Made by a program: the position numbers and the translations under genes
Shown here: positions 10,398 to 20,713 of the stretch, piece after piece
Position numbering within the stretch: position 1 is the stretch's first letter
Layout of the letters: each line of letters starts with the position of its first letter
The notes under the pieces: model-generated
What the model saw: the letters and a program-made list of their open reading frames with translations, nothing else
Database searches by the model: none
Told to the model about the DNA's origin: nothing
Source of the DNA: Terriglobia bacterium
Lineage (GTDB): Bacteria > Acidobacteriota > Terriglobia > JAJPHL01 > JAPKYU01
Reading direction: 5' to 3'
Length of the DNA: 64,000 bases
Assembly (NCBI GenBank): GCA_965206645.1
Contig: CBDBKE010000004.1
Coordinates: 2,016,001 to 2,080,000, forward strand

Positions 10398-11836
10398 GAG
10401 AGTGTCTCACCTTTAGTTGAAAGTTGAGCGGCGGTTCGCTGACCTGGTTCCGTAGAATCGGGTTGGGAAACTTTCTGGAAAGGGGAACCGCCGTGCAGAG
10501 AAGCTACCACATCCTAGGCCGGAGCGATAGCCGAAGCTCCCGCAAACTGGCTGCCTACCTGGCTCGCCACGGGCAGTTTCTGCTGCCCTGGGTGGAGTTG
10601 ATCGAACAATCGCGGTTAGCCGTCGACGAGCTGATCGACGTGGTGGGTAGGGCGGCGATTGAAGCGGTGCTGGAGTTGTCGGCCGCGCAGGTGGCCGGTC
10701 CACGCCGTCAGGGCCGGCGGCGCCGTGGGGTGGGCTGGTATGGGCGCCAGCGGGGACGGGTGCGCCTGAAGGAGAGAAAGCTGGCCGTGCACAGGCCACG
10801 GCTCCGGCGGCCAGGCCGGGGAGCGGGGAAAGAAGTTCCCCTCCCGGCCTACGAAGCCATGCAGGAGGGCGAGGGTCTGGGGGCCCGGATGTTGGATATC
10901 TTGCTGCGGGGCGTCTCGACCCGGCAGTACCAGCGGGTGTTGCCGGAGATGGCGGACACCGTGGGTGTGTCGCGCTCCACGGTCAGCCGGGAAACGATGG
11001 AGGCTGCCGCAGCCGAGTTAGAACGTCTGTTGAACCGCCGCTTCGAGGAAGTAGAGTTGCTGATCCTCTACATCGACGGGATGGTGTTTGGCGACCATCA
11101 CGTGATTGCGGCTGTGGGCGTGGATGCGGAAGGGCACAAGCACGTGCTGGGGATTCAGCAGGGGGCTACGGAGAACGCCGCGGCCGTCCAGGACTTGCTG
11201 GAAGGTTTAGTGCGGCGAGGGGTGCAGCCGGCCCAGAAACGGCTGTTTGTGATCGACGGCTCGAAGGCCTTGCGGGCGGCGATCCGCGCCGTGTTCGGGG
11301 CCGAGCAGCCGGTGCAGCGCTGCCGCGCCCACAAGTTGCGCAACGTCCTGGACCGGTTGCCGGAGCCAGAGCGGGACCAGGTGCGGGCGGCGATGCGGGC
11401 CGCCTGGCGGTTGGATCCGAAGACCGGCAGGGCCAAGCTGGAGAAGTTGGCCCAATGGTTGGAGCGAGATTGTCCGGCCGCGGCGGCCAGCTTACGGGAG
11501 GGTCTGGAGGAATGTTTCACCATCAACCGGCTGGGGCTTCCGGCTTCGCTACATCGCTGTCTGGCCACCACCAATCTCATCGAGAGTCCGCAGGCGGGAG
11601 TGAGGTTGCGAACTCGCCGGGTGTGCCGCTGGCGGGATGCGGCCATGGTCCAGCGCTGGGTCGCCTCCAGCTTCCTGGCCACGGAGAAAAACTTCCGCCG
11701 CCTGATGGGGTGCCAGGACCTGTGGATGTTGAAAGCGATCCTCGAAGGATCAAAGTCGGCCACTCGACGGGAGGTGGCGTAGTATGATGGCTCCGAACCG
11801 CCGCTACGAACTTTTAACTGAGTTCAGGACACCCTC
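10398..11836 (+). mobile_element. IS256-family element
   Basis: Ends GAGAGTGTC / GACACCCTC; 8-bp target duplication GCAGTCCC (10390-10397 and 11837-11844). Confidence 0.95.
10493..11782 (+). CDS. IS256 transposase
   Basis: YIDG, VIDG, QRCRAHK and TTNLIES motifs. Confidence 0.93.
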   Translation: MQRSYHILGRSDSRSSRKLAAYLARHGQFLLPWVELIEQSRLAVDELIDVVGRAAIEAVLELSAAQVAGPRRQGRRRRGVGWYGRQRGRVRLKERKLAVHRPRLRRPGRGAGKEVPLPAYEAMQEGEGLGARMLDILLRGVSTRQYQRVLPEMADTVGVSRSTVSRETMEAAAAELERLLNRRFEEVELLILYIDGMVFGDHHVIAAVGVDAEGHKHVLGIQQGATENAAAVQDLLEGLVRRGVQPAQKRLFVIDGSKALRAAIRAVFGAEQPVQRCRAHKLRNVLDRLPEPERDQVRAAMRAAWRLDPKTGRAKLEKLAQWLERDCPAAAASLREGLEECFTINRLGLPASLHRCLATTNLIESPQAGVRLRTRRVCRWRDAAMVQRWVASSFLATEKNFRRLMGCQDLWMLKAILEGSKSATRREVA

Positions 11837-12110
11837 GCAGTCCCTGGGAGAACGGGTACTGCGAGAGTTTCAATGGGAAGCTGCGGGACGAATGCCTGAA
11901 TGGAGAGATCTTCTACTCGTTGAAGGAGGCACAGGTGGTGATTGAACAGTGGAGGGTGCAATACAACACGGTGCGGCCGCACTCGGCGCTCGGCTATAGG
12001 CCCCCGGCGCCGGGGGCCTATAGCCCTCCCCTGCCACTGAAACCAGTTTCACAGCCCCAGGCTGCGATGTGAACTCTCACTACGGTTGGTACAAAAAATC
12101 GGTCTGGTCA

Positions 12111-12478
12111 CCTTCGGCTCACCGTGCTGTAGTTGGGCACTGGGAGGTCGAGAGCCATGAGCGCCACGATGGATTGAAGGAACCCTTGAGTGGTCCGTAG
12201 GTTGAGGTGAAACACCGAATTCAGGACCAGCGCACATTGGATCGCCGCATCTGCGTAGACCTTGGGCCGGCCTCGCCCTTCGAAGGGTCCTGGATGACGC
12301 CAGGCAGCGACTGCCTCCGTGTCGAACCACAGTGTCAGCTGCCCACGTTTCACCAGAGCCCGGTTGTACTCCGGCCAGTTGCGAACCTTATATCGGAAGG
12401 TGTAGTCGCTTTTGCCCATCCCCTAGCCTATCAGGAGGGAGAGCGTTGGGGATGGAGTCAGATTTCTGCAACAACGCC
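12111..12478 (-). mobile_element. IS5-family (IS903-like) left-end fragment truncated by IS3
   Basis: Near-identical to the start of 18315-19376. Confidence 0.9.
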
Positions 12479-12638
12479 ATTCATAACGGTCACAGCCCTC
12501 CCTATCCGCCCTTGGCTTTCGGGACTTCTGTGGGCCGCTCGAAAGAGGTGCTATATGCTATACTTTGCCGAGGTTGGTGGCTTGAATCAACCCCTATTGA
12601 GTGGTGGTATGGGACTCTATCCGTGAGAAGACTGCGAA

Positions 12639-13610
12639 ATGGCGATTAATAGAGAGCTTATCGAGCAGAAGAAAGTCTTTTCTGAGTATCTAAGAAAGAA
12701 AAAACTAAAAATCACCCGACAACGCCAGGTCATCCTCGACACTTTCCTGAGAACTGAAGGACACATGGTCACGGATGAGCTCTATCAGAAGGTCCGGAAG
12801 AAGGACAGGACTATTGGATATGCAACGGTTTCGCGAACCATGAAGGCCTTGACCGGCGCGGGTCTGGCACGAGAGATCGACCTGGGTGACAGTCGTAGCC
12901 ATTTTGAACCCATCTACAAGCGTCCGCACCACCATCACATCATTTGTGTGGAGTGTCAGCAGACGATTGAATTCCTCAGCCCCGAGTTGGAGCAGCTTCA
13001 AAAACAGATTGTCTCACGATACCGCTTTCGACCTCTTCGACATCACTTTCAAGTGTTTGGCGTCTGTGGCGATTGCCAGAAGCAGCGTTCGCATCAACAT
13101 GAGGTCTTCGATTCAGATCTGGTCTTTGCGCGAGATGCCTTACAGATTGCCTTGCAGACAGAGAAAAATGGCGTCAACTTTTACCAGTCCTTGGCCAGAT
13201 CGGTCAGGAGCGAGCGGGGCCACGAGGCCTTCCTCAAGATGGCTTCTAAAGAGAAACAGCACCTTCGTGAACTCGAGACTGAATGGACTGCGTTTGTGAA
13301 ACGACACAAGAGAATCCTGAAGGCGCCCGTCTTTTTGCACTTCGAATACAGCGAGTTACAAAGACTGTTTCCAACCCCCAAAGAGTTGCAAAAAAAGAAC
13401 CTGAAACGACTAAGCCTGGAAGAGGCCCTGCAGTTGGCTATGTCCATCGAGAAAGAAGCTCATCATTTTTTCCACCGCTACGCAGAAAACTTCGGTGACA
13501 CCAAGGGGAAAGCCATTTTTCTGAAGTTTGCCGAAGATGAATTGGAGCACTACGATCTGATTCAACAAGAGTACAATCGTCTCAGGGACTCCGCAAGCCT
13601 TCCCGCCTGA
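12639..13610 (+). CDS. Fur-family regulator fused to a rubrerythrin/ferritin-like domain
   Basis: TRQR...IGYATVSRT...HHHHIICVEC...GVCGDC (Fur), followed by E...EKQH and E...ELEH diiron motifs. Confidence 0.88.
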   Translation: MAINRELIEQKKVFSEYLRKKKLKITRQRQVILDTFLRTEGHMVTDELYQKVRKKDRTIGYATVSRTMKALTGAGLAREIDLGDSRSHFEPIYKRPHHHHIICVECQQTIEFLSPELEQLQKQIVSRYRFRPLRHHFQVFGVCGDCQKQRSHQHEVFDSDLVFARDALQIALQTEKNGVNFYQSLARSVRSERGHEAFLKMASKEKQHLRELETEWTAFVKRHKRILKAPVFLHFEYSELQRLFPTPKELQKKNLKRLSLEEALQLAMSIEKEAHHFFHRYAENFGDTKGKAIFLKFAEDELEHYDLIQQEYNRLRDSASLPA

Positions 13611-13733
13611 AGCAAAAGATCCTGGATCTATTCGGAAAATACTGTCTGATAAACTGTACAGTAGGTGAAGGTTGTTCCCGCTGGAGTCTTCATCTCCTAG
13701 CGTTTGCGTCCCAGTCTAAAATAAATCCCGGCC

Positions 13734-13980
13734 ATGAAGAGGCGCGGGAGTCCCGACCGCGCTGAATTTTGGTGGGACCCCAAGCAGCCTGACGAGCCGG
13801 TGCTTCTTGACAGCAAGACCGAACGAGGCGAGAAGTTCTTCCAGGAGATCATCCGCCACTCCGTGCCGCTGGACATGCACATCCTCAAGGCGCTTGAAGC
13901 GATCCTCGCTAGGCCTCAATCCCTACCTCTGGCTCACCTACCGGACTTTCACGCTCAAGCGCCCTCAGCGCCTGTACCGC
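13734..13980 (+). pseudogene. RepA_C-type replication initiator fragment, frameshifted
   Basis: FWWDPKQPDEP...FFQEIIRHSVPLDM...KRSSLGL..YLWLTYRTF is homologous to 39686-41931. Confidence 0.8.
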
Positions 13981-14004
13981 ACTCGGGGAGGGTGAGCCAT
14001 TGCG

Positions 14005-15612
14005 TCACTGGCTGCGCCCCACGTGAATGGCTTCAATCAGATCGAAGTTGCTCCCGCCGGACGCACCGCCGATGACCAAAACGCTCTCGCCCATTGATGT
14101 GAGGCGATGGGCTACCCGGGGCGTCGAGCTACCCGCTTTCTCCCACGCTTGACCGGATTCGCTGAGGCGGAAAATCGATCCTTCGGAGACGCTCACGTAG
14201 AGTCGCTGGTCATGGACGACCACGGCCGGCGCGAACCCGGTGGTCTGGCCGACTTGAGGTAATGGGGGACCCTCGCTCCACGTGTCGCTCTGGGAATCGT
14301 AGATCGAAGCGTTGCGCACGACTTGATTCTGGTCGGTGAAGCCGCCAATGACGTACATTTTACCTTGGAAGGCTGCCGCCATGAGCGCTCTCCGGCGGAA
14401 GGGCTGCTGGACGGCGCGCCACGTCGGCTCCTCCGCTCCCAGATCCATCACGAGTATGGTCTCGGCCCATTCCTGCTCGTCGCCCTTCATGGTCCAGCCG
14501 CCCACCACGATGAGTTGCTCGTTCAACACCACCACGTCATGCGAGGAGCGCGGTTCCGGCAGCGCCGGCAACTCTTCCCACATCTTTGTACTCGTGTTGA
14601 AGCGTGCGACGTCGGCCACCGAATGATTGTCCGCGGCCTCGCCGGGAGCGTTCCTCGGTGCCATGCCGCCGACTCGATAGATGAAGCCGTCGTGAGCGGC
14701 AAGATTCATCCCTTGCAGACCACGTCCGCCGGGAAGCTCTTCCCAGTTCGTCTCGCCCTCCAGACGAATACGACTGAAGCGGCCGGATACGCCCTCGGTG
14801 GAGTAAACGTGGGTGGGCGAAATATGTCCCCCGTAGATGTAAAGCCACCCGTTCTCGGACGCGGCCCCGAAGCTCGAGGTCGCCTCCGGAAGCGTTGCAA
14901 AGTTCGACGCGGTACTCGACGTGTCCGGCGCGGCTTGAGACGATTCCGTCTCTGCGTCGAACACGAGCGTGGCGTAATGACGAACCTGCTCGTACCGGGT
15001 CCCATCCCGTTCACCTGCGGTCTCTTCCCAAAAACGCGCCCAGGCCCCGTAGCGGCCGGTCGCGGTGAACTTTTCCGTCCGGCCATGCTCGTCGGTCCTG
15101 ACGACCTTCGAGGTTCCGTCCGGCAAGATGACTGTGATTTCCGCGTTCGCGTGCGGTTTGCCGTGGGCAAGCAACTGTAGCGTCATGTCTCCCGCCCGTC
15201 CTACGGGGACGATTTCGACGACGGCCATCCCACCCACCTTCGTCTTCGAATCAAAGGCGTACCCGACGATTGCCTTCGGGTAATAGAGCAGGACGTGCGC
15301 TTTCCCGCGATTCATGACACCCAGGTCCGTCAGTCCATGGACAACGCGCGTTCCGCTGCCCGGCAGCGGCGCCGTGAACACTTCACCGGTACGGGTAAGC
15401 GAGAGAGGGGCTTCGCAGTTTTCTGCGTCGCGGACGAGCAGATCAGAGCCGCCGATGAGCCCGATGTCAATTTGAGGATCGGGATTGAGAGTCTCGCTCA
15501 TGATGATCCTGACGGTCGCCCCGGTCGCATCGGGGACGACGAATGTGAAATGTGCCTGCGCGGCGCAGGCGGCAGCTTGCCAGATCAGGACGGCGATTAG
15601 TAGATGTTTCAT
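14005..15612 (-). CDS. Secreted protein: DUF4198-like N-terminal domain plus Kelch beta-propeller
   Basis: Signal peptide followed by HF; EIVP, GKP, TDEHG and HYATLVF; about six Kelch repeats (YIYGG, YRVGG, IVVGG, YVIGG). Confidence 0.8.
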   Translation of the reverse strand: MKHLLIAVLIWQAAACAAQAHFTFVVPDATGATVRIIMSETLNPDPQIDIGLIGGSDLLVRDAENCEAPLSLTRTGEVFTAPLPGSGTRVVHGLTDLGVMNRGKAHVLLYYPKAIVGYAFDSKTKVGGMAVVEIVPVGRAGDMTLQLLAHGKPHANAEITVILPDGTSKVVRTDEHGRTEKFTATGRYGAWARFWEETAGERDGTRYEQVRHYATLVFDAETESSQAAPDTSSTASNFATLPEATSSFGAASENGWLYIYGGHISPTHVYSTEGVSGRFSRIRLEGETNWEELPGGRGLQGMNLAAHDGFIYRVGGMAPRNAPGEAADNHSVADVARFNTSTKMWEELPALPEPRSSHDVVVLNEQLIVVGGWTMKGDEQEWAETILVMDLGAEEPTWRAVQQPFRRRALMAAAFQGKMYVIGGFTDQNQVVRNASIYDSQSDTWSEGPPLPQVGQTTGFAPAVVVHDQRLYVSVSEGSIFRLSESGQAWEKAGSSTPRVAHRLTSMGESVLVIGGASGGSNFDLIEAIHVGRSQ

Positions 15613-15641
15613 GATGTAGTTCTCCTTCTGCGCTTGGTTTG

Positions 15642-18035
15642 TTAAAGGGCGTTGCTGTTGAAGATCAGGTCGATGCCAAAGCGGAAATCTCGCCCGGGTT
15701 GATGGACCGTCTCGAACAAGCCGAAGTAGGTCCGATTGCCGACGTTCTCCATTCCCGCATGGAAGTTGATCGCTGAAATTCCCGCGGGCAGGCGCGCCGC
15801 CAGACCTCGCTCGCCTCGCACCAAGTTGTAGCCGGTGCGCCAGCCAAAAGTCGTATAGCCGCGAATCGGGGTTGCTCCGGCAGGGACACGGTCACTGCCG
15901 CTGACCAGAAAGCTACCAAACTCGCTCCAGAGCCTCGTGCGTCTCGGCGCCCAGCGCAGTCTGGCTTGACCGATGAAGGGAGCGATCAACGAGAGCGGTT
16001 CGCCGCTGCCCCGGTTGTCGCCTCGCTGCCAGGCCGCGCTGAAAGTCAAAGCCCACTGCGAACCGAGTCCGCTCACAGAATATTCGGTGGTTGATTCGAT
16101 TCCCTGAATACGCGCTTCCAGAACGTTGATGTTCTGGAATACCGTCTGGCCTGATAAGTTTGGCGCTCCGTTGAACGTGCCGGGAGCCGAGCTAATCAAG
16201 TTGTTCAGGCTATTCAGAAAATAGTTCACTGAAATCTTCACGGGGGCGCTGCGAAAGTGCACGCCCGTATCGAGCTGAAGCGAGGTCTCCGGTTGCAGAG
16301 ACGGATTCGGGACGATAAATCCGCCAACGGAGCCGCGTCCGAAGAAGTATCGTTCGAATAGGTTCGGCGCTCGGAACGCCCGGCCCACGTTCCCGCTCAC
16401 CAGCCATCCGCGCCCGACATCGATGCTGGCTCCGATATTCCCACTGATCGCGTTTTCGGTTTCGCCACCGTCGACGGCTGCCGCCACGTCTGGATCGAAA
16501 CCCAGCGTATCGAACGTCTTGAGTTCAAAATGGTCGGCACGCAAGCCGGCGGTGATGCGCGCGCGGCTCGTGGCTTGAAACTGGTCCTGGAAGAAGAAGC
16601 CCGTACCGGAAAAAGACGAATCGGGAACGCTCGGCGCGGCGTCAAGCACCCTCGGCGACGGCCCGGCGCCGATCAGGGTTTGCAATCGAAAGTCGCGATT
16701 GCGGTCGCGATAGTAGGAGATGCCATAGGTCAGCACGTGCGTCGGTGCCGGCAAACTGGTCGCCTGGACGTCTAAGCCCGAGCTTTGCACATCCGTCTCC
16801 GTCGTGCTCAGAATCTTCACGGTAGGACCGGCGAGTATTCGGTTGGAGAAGTTACGACTCTGGTTCTGGGTGTAGAATTTGGCCTGGATCGACGACAACG
16901 CCGGCGAACGGAAGCTCTTTTGATAGCCGCCACTGTACTTGACTATCTTGCTGTAGGGGAACTCCGCTAAGAAAACTGGGTTCTCTTCGAAGCTCGGAAG
17001 GCCGAAGTTGTTGCCCGCTCGATGCAAGAACTGGAAGGAGAAAGTCTGATCCGACGGCACAAAGAAGCGGAGTGCGCCCACGGCGCTGTTCTTATCGACT
17101 CCGGAAAAAAAGATTTCCGAAGCCGGTGATCGGTAATTCTCCATACTACCTGTGCTGCCCTGCACCCATGCGCTAAACCAACGGTTTCCGGCGGATAGCT
17201 CGGTGTTCGCACGCACACCGTTGCTGTTGGGAAAGCTCGTCGCGCCTAGTCGGGCGCCGAATCCGATATCGTCTCTGGGCTGCGCGTTGCGCGTTCTGAT
17301 ATTGACGACGCCGCCAAACGCATCACTTCCATACAGCACGGAGCCGGGGCCCCGTACGACCTCCACCTGCTGGATATTCGACACATCCACTAGGGACGTC
17401 TCAATGCCGCCTTGGCCCGTCGAGGTACGGTTGTTGTTCAGCCGCTCGCCGTCCACTAGCACGAGGATGCGATTGCTGTCCAGTCCCCGAATCACCGGCC
17501 GGCTTCTGAAAGGGCCGGCGCCCCGCCAGGTTACGCCTGGAACCTCGGTCAGTGCCTGGGCCAGATTGGTCGGCATGTATTCGCCGAGCCGCCGGTCTGA
17601 GACGAGCGCGGTTGGCAGGGGCAATCGCGAAGTGTCGGTTTCTTGGCGAGCGGCGGTCACTACAATGCCTTCATGCAGCCCGGCTGGCTGTAGTTCTATC
17701 TGGAGATCGGTGCCCGCGTCCTCCACCTGCACCGTGACTGTCCGGCGCTCGAAGCCCGGCGAATAGGCCTCAAGTTCGTAGGTTCCCGAGGCCACGCCGT
17801 CGAAACGAAACTGGCCTAGGCTGTCGGTAGTCGTGGTTCGTCTTACGGGCGCCGTATCGTCCCCGGTTCGGACGGCAACTCGGACGCCGACTACCGTAAG
17901 GCCTTGCGTGTCCCGAATGGAGCCGGTCAACTCTGCCGCATCCAGCGGACTTGTGGCGAACGCTGCCAACATTACCCAAGCGACAACCGCCAGGGTAAGA
18001 GGGCAGGGCAGGGCGATTCTTCGGGTAAGTATCAC
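15642..18035 (-). CDS. TonB-dependent receptor (heme/iron type) with an N-terminal carboxypeptidase-regulatory-like domain
   Basis: RBS AAGGAGG before a GTG start; plug motifs IRGL..NRILVLVDG and VEVVRGPGSVLYGSDAFGGVVN; FRAP and NPSL motifs. Confidence 0.92.
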   Translation of the reverse strand: MILTRRIALPCPLTLAVVAWVMLAAFATSPLDAAELTGSIRDTQGLTVVGVRVAVRTGDDTAPVRRTTTTDSLGQFRFDGVASGTYELEAYSPGFERRTVTVQVEDAGTDLQIELQPAGLHEGIVVTAARQETDTSRLPLPTALVSDRRLGEYMPTNLAQALTEVPGVTWRGAGPFRSRPVIRGLDSNRILVLVDGERLNNNRTSTGQGGIETSLVDVSNIQQVEVVRGPGSVLYGSDAFGGVVNIRTRNAQPRDDIGFGARLGATSFPNSNGVRANTELSAGNRWFSAWVQGSTGSMENYRSPASEIFFSGVDKNSAVGALRFFVPSDQTFSFQFLHRAGNNFGLPSFEENPVFLAEFPYSKIVKYSGGYQKSFRSPALSSIQAKFYTQNQSRNFSNRILAGPTVKILSTTETDVQSSGLDVQATSLPAPTHVLTYGISYYRDRNRDFRLQTLIGAGPSPRVLDAAPSVPDSSFSGTGFFFQDQFQATSRARITAGLRADHFELKTFDTLGFDPDVAAAVDGGETENAISGNIGASIDVGRGWLVSGNVGRAFRAPNLFERYFFGRGSVGGFIVPNPSLQPETSLQLDTGVHFRSAPVKISVNYFLNSLNNLISSAPGTFNGAPNLSGQTVFQNINVLEARIQGIESTTEYSVSGLGSQWALTFSAAWQRGDNRGSGEPLSLIAPFIGQARLRWAPRRTRLWSEFGSFLVSGSDRVPAGATPIRGYTTFGWRTGYNLVRGERGLAARLPAGISAINFHAGMENVGNRTYFGLFETVHQPGRDFRFGIDLIFNSNAL

Positions 18036-18115
18036 GATATCCTCCTTAGAATCAGGGCCTATGAGGAAGAGGCACCAAAGGGTGCATTCCTGCAAAAGCG
18101 CTTACTGCTGGAAAT

Positions 18116-18144
18116 AGTATAATGAACATGAATATCACTTGCAA
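18116..18144 (-). promoter_or_regulatory. Sigma70 promoter with a Fur box in the spacer
   Basis: TTGCAA-17-TATACT; TGAACAT-G-AATATCA (18123-18137) matches 11 of 14 positions of the 7-1-7 Fur consensus. Confidence 0.75.
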
Positions 18145-18219
18145 GTTATTTAGTAGGGGTTCGGGATGCTGTGCTTCGTGGTCGTCATGCTCCTTCTCTT
18201 GGCCGCTGTCACCTACGCT

Positions 18220-18314
18220 CAGGTGCCGTGGTGACCAGCAACCTGCCGTTCAACGAATGGACGGAGGCCTTCGGATCGGAGCGGCTGACCGGAGCCCTGC
18301 TGGATTGTCTCACC
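18220..18314 (+). pseudogene. IS21 IstB fragment
   Basis: VVTSNLPFNEWTEAFGSERLTGALLD.LT motif. Confidence 0.75.
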
Positions 18315-19376
18315 GGCGTTGTTGCAGAAATCTGCCTCCATCCCCAACGCTCTCCCCCCTGATAGGCTAGGGGATGGGCAAAAGCGACTACACCTTCCGA
18401 TATAAGGTTCGCAACTGGCCGGAGTACAACCGGGCTCTGGTGAAACGTGGGCAGCTGACACTGTGGTTCGACACGGAGGCAGTCGCTGCCTGGCGTCATC
18501 CAGGACCCTTCGAAGGGCGAGGCCGGCCCAAGGTCTACGCAGATGCGGCGATCCAATGTGCGCTGGTCCTGAATTCGGTGTTTCACCTCAACCTACGGAC
18601 CACTCAAGGGTTCCTTCAATCCATCGTGGCGCTCATGGCTCTCGACCTCCCAGTGCCCAACTACAGCACGGTGAGCCGAAGGCAAAGCGCCGTCGACGTC
18701 CGACTGAGTGTAGGGCCCACGGATCGACCACGACATGTCGTCATCGATTCGACGGGCCTGAAGATCTACGGAGCCGGTGAGTGGCACATCAGAAAACACC
18801 GAACCCTCCGCCGTAGGACATGGCGAAAGCTCCACCTAGGCGTCGATGAGACGACGAAAGAGATCGTTGCGATGGACCTGACTGCGAGCAACGTCCACGA
18901 CGCCCGAAGGCTCTCTTCGTTGCTGTCTAAGACTCCTGGTTCGATCGGGCAAGTCTCCGCAGACCGGGCCTACGACACGGGTTCCTGCTACGAGGCCGTA
19001 CTCCAGCACGACGCTATCGTGACGATCTTGCCGCGACGCAATGCACGATGCAGCCGAGACTCTCATCCGCCTCCGTGGCGTGCGATGCGTGATACCCATC
19101 TCCGGCGTATTAGGACGCAGGGCCGTTATGAGTGGCGGAAGTCGAGTGGCTGCACTCGCCAGAGCGTGGCGGAGAATGCGGTCTCACGGTACAAGGCGAT
19201 ACTCGGGGTAAGCCTCTCGGCCCGCACGGTCAAGAACCAAAAAGTCGAAGCCGCGATCAAGTGCGCTGTGCTGAACCGGATGGCGGAGCTTGGAATGCCA
19301 CGATCGGAGCGCGTGTACTGAGGCGGATGAGCTTCTCGGCCCGGTTTGCCGCGAGCGCGAATTACGCAACAACGCC
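18315..19376 (+). mobile_element. IS5-family (IS903-like) element; transposase 18374-19321
   Basis: Ends GGCGTTGTTGC / GCAACAACGCC; NWPEYN, IDSTG, WRKLH and ADRAYD motifs. Confidence 0.93.
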
Positions 19377-19445
19377 GGTCCACAACCCGAGGGGCATCCT
19401 CACCACCTACCTGTAGACCGATCAGGTCCTGGTGACGGAGGAGCG

Positions 19446-19847
19446 ATGATTGAGCATCTCCAGGGACGCGAGAATCAACTGGAGCCTCTTAGCTGGACGG
19501 GCAAACAGGCCGAATGGATCGTCTTGGCCTGTCTGCACGGCGATGGGGTCTTCACCCGGGCACAACTTTCCTTCTATCTCCAGATGAGTCGCTGGCAGGC
19601 GCTTCGATTTGTCCGTTCCCTGGTCACCAAAGGGTTCGCCGCTGAGGACATTCTGGAGGACCAGAAAGTGTTCCGGATCTTCAGTCGGCGGATCTACCAG
19701 GCATTGGGCACCGAGGACATCCGCCACCGCCGGGTGGCGTCTAGGGAGATTCTCCTCAGGCGCCTGCTCTTGCTCGACTACGTGATCGAGCACACCGGTC
19801 TGCCGTGGCTGCGACCTTCTCCGCCTCGGTCGCCAGCCACGGCATGA
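19446..19847 (+). pseudogene. wHTH protein of the integrative element (replication-relaxation-like), truncated
   Basis: GVFTRAQL...FVRSLVTKG...IYQALGTEDIRHRR; the frame degrades after LPWL. Confidence 0.45.
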
Positions 19848-20044
19848 CCTATGAAGAGGAAGACTGGGTCGACCAGGACGCCACCGCGCATCGCGGTCCG
19901 AATGAATAGCAGCGATCCGGCTGATCAAGGACGCGCTTCCGTTTCTCCAGAAGGCCCTCTTTGAGGGCGTAATTTGTAATTCGCCAGCGACAGGTTGCCG
20001 AACCCCTTTATAGAGCAAACCAAAGATGTGGTGCTAGCAGCGTC

Positions 20045-20077
20045 TTGCATCTCCGGAGTATTACGTCTATCGTAATA
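20045..20077 (+). promoter_or_regulatory. higBA promoter/operator
   Basis: TTGCAT-17-TATCGT, overlapped by the palindrome TATTACG-N5-CGTAATA. Confidence 0.65.
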
Positions 20078-20085
20078 GAGATGGC

Positions 20086-20370
20086 ATGATCCGGTCCTTC
20101 GGCAACAAGCGCACCGCAAACGTCTTCAACGGCGTGAGAGATGTATCTTTCCCAACCTCGCTCGTGAAGCAGGCGCGGAGCAAGCTGGACCGGATCAACT
20201 ATGCGGCAAGTGTTAACGACCTCCGCATGCCTCCAGGCAACCGGCTTGAGCGGCTCCGGGGTGATCGCGATGGGCAATACAGTATTCGTGTCTCGCGCGG
20301 TTGGCGGATTTGCTTTGTCTGGAAAGATGGAGACGCGTTCGAGGTGGAGTTGACCAACCACTACGATTGA
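20086..20370 (+). CDS. higB: HigB toxin (plasmid maintenance killer)
   Basis: MIRSF...DLRMPPGNRLERLRGDRDGQYSIRV...WRICF. Confidence 0.92.
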   Translation: MIRSFGNKRTANVFNGVRDVSFPTSLVKQARSKLDRINYAASVNDLRMPPGNRLERLRGDRDGQYSIRVSRGWRICFVWKDGDAFEVELTNHYD

Positions 20371-20386
20371 GGAAGGGAGCAAGAGA

Positions 20387-20704
20387 ATGGCCCATGTGCC
20401 CACGAATCGGATCACCACGCATCCCGGCGCCCTGCTGCTTGAGCAGATCAGGGAGATGGGGTTGAGCGTCAACGGTGTGGCCCGGGATATCCACATCCCC
20501 GCAACGCGTCTTCATGAGATCGTTCACGAGCGACGTGGCGTAACGGCCGAGACGGCGATCGCGCTGGGCGCGTATTTCGGCCAGACCCCCGAGTTCTGGA
20601 TGAACGCGCAGACGGCCTATGAACTGTCAAAGGAACTAGTCGAGAACGGCGATGACATCCGCTCGCGTCTCCGCCGCCATGCCGAGGACCGTGCAATCAC
20701 TTAG
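20387..20704 (+). CDS. higA: HigA antitoxin
   Basis: HPGALL, XRE HTH and PEFWMNAQ. Confidence 0.92.
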   Translation: MAHVPTNRITTHPGALLLEQIREMGLSVNGVARDIHIPATRLHEIVHERRGVTAETAIALGAYFGQTPEFWMNAQTAYELSKELVENGDDIRSRLRRHAEDRAIT

Positions 20705-20713
20705 ATCAGACCC

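Larger units (their letters stand above)
9414..12110 (+). mobile_element. IS3-family element, interrupted by IS256
   Basis: TGACCTGACC...GGTCTGGTCA ends; orfA 9481-9759; orfB with WSYDF and SDNGPEF is split at 10397/11837. Confidence 0.95.

Noticed and set aside
14323-15180. Long antisense ORFs (also 24964-25923, 44751-45647, 9606-10337)
   Set aside because: They are shadow ORFs opposite well-supported genes in GC-rich DNA.
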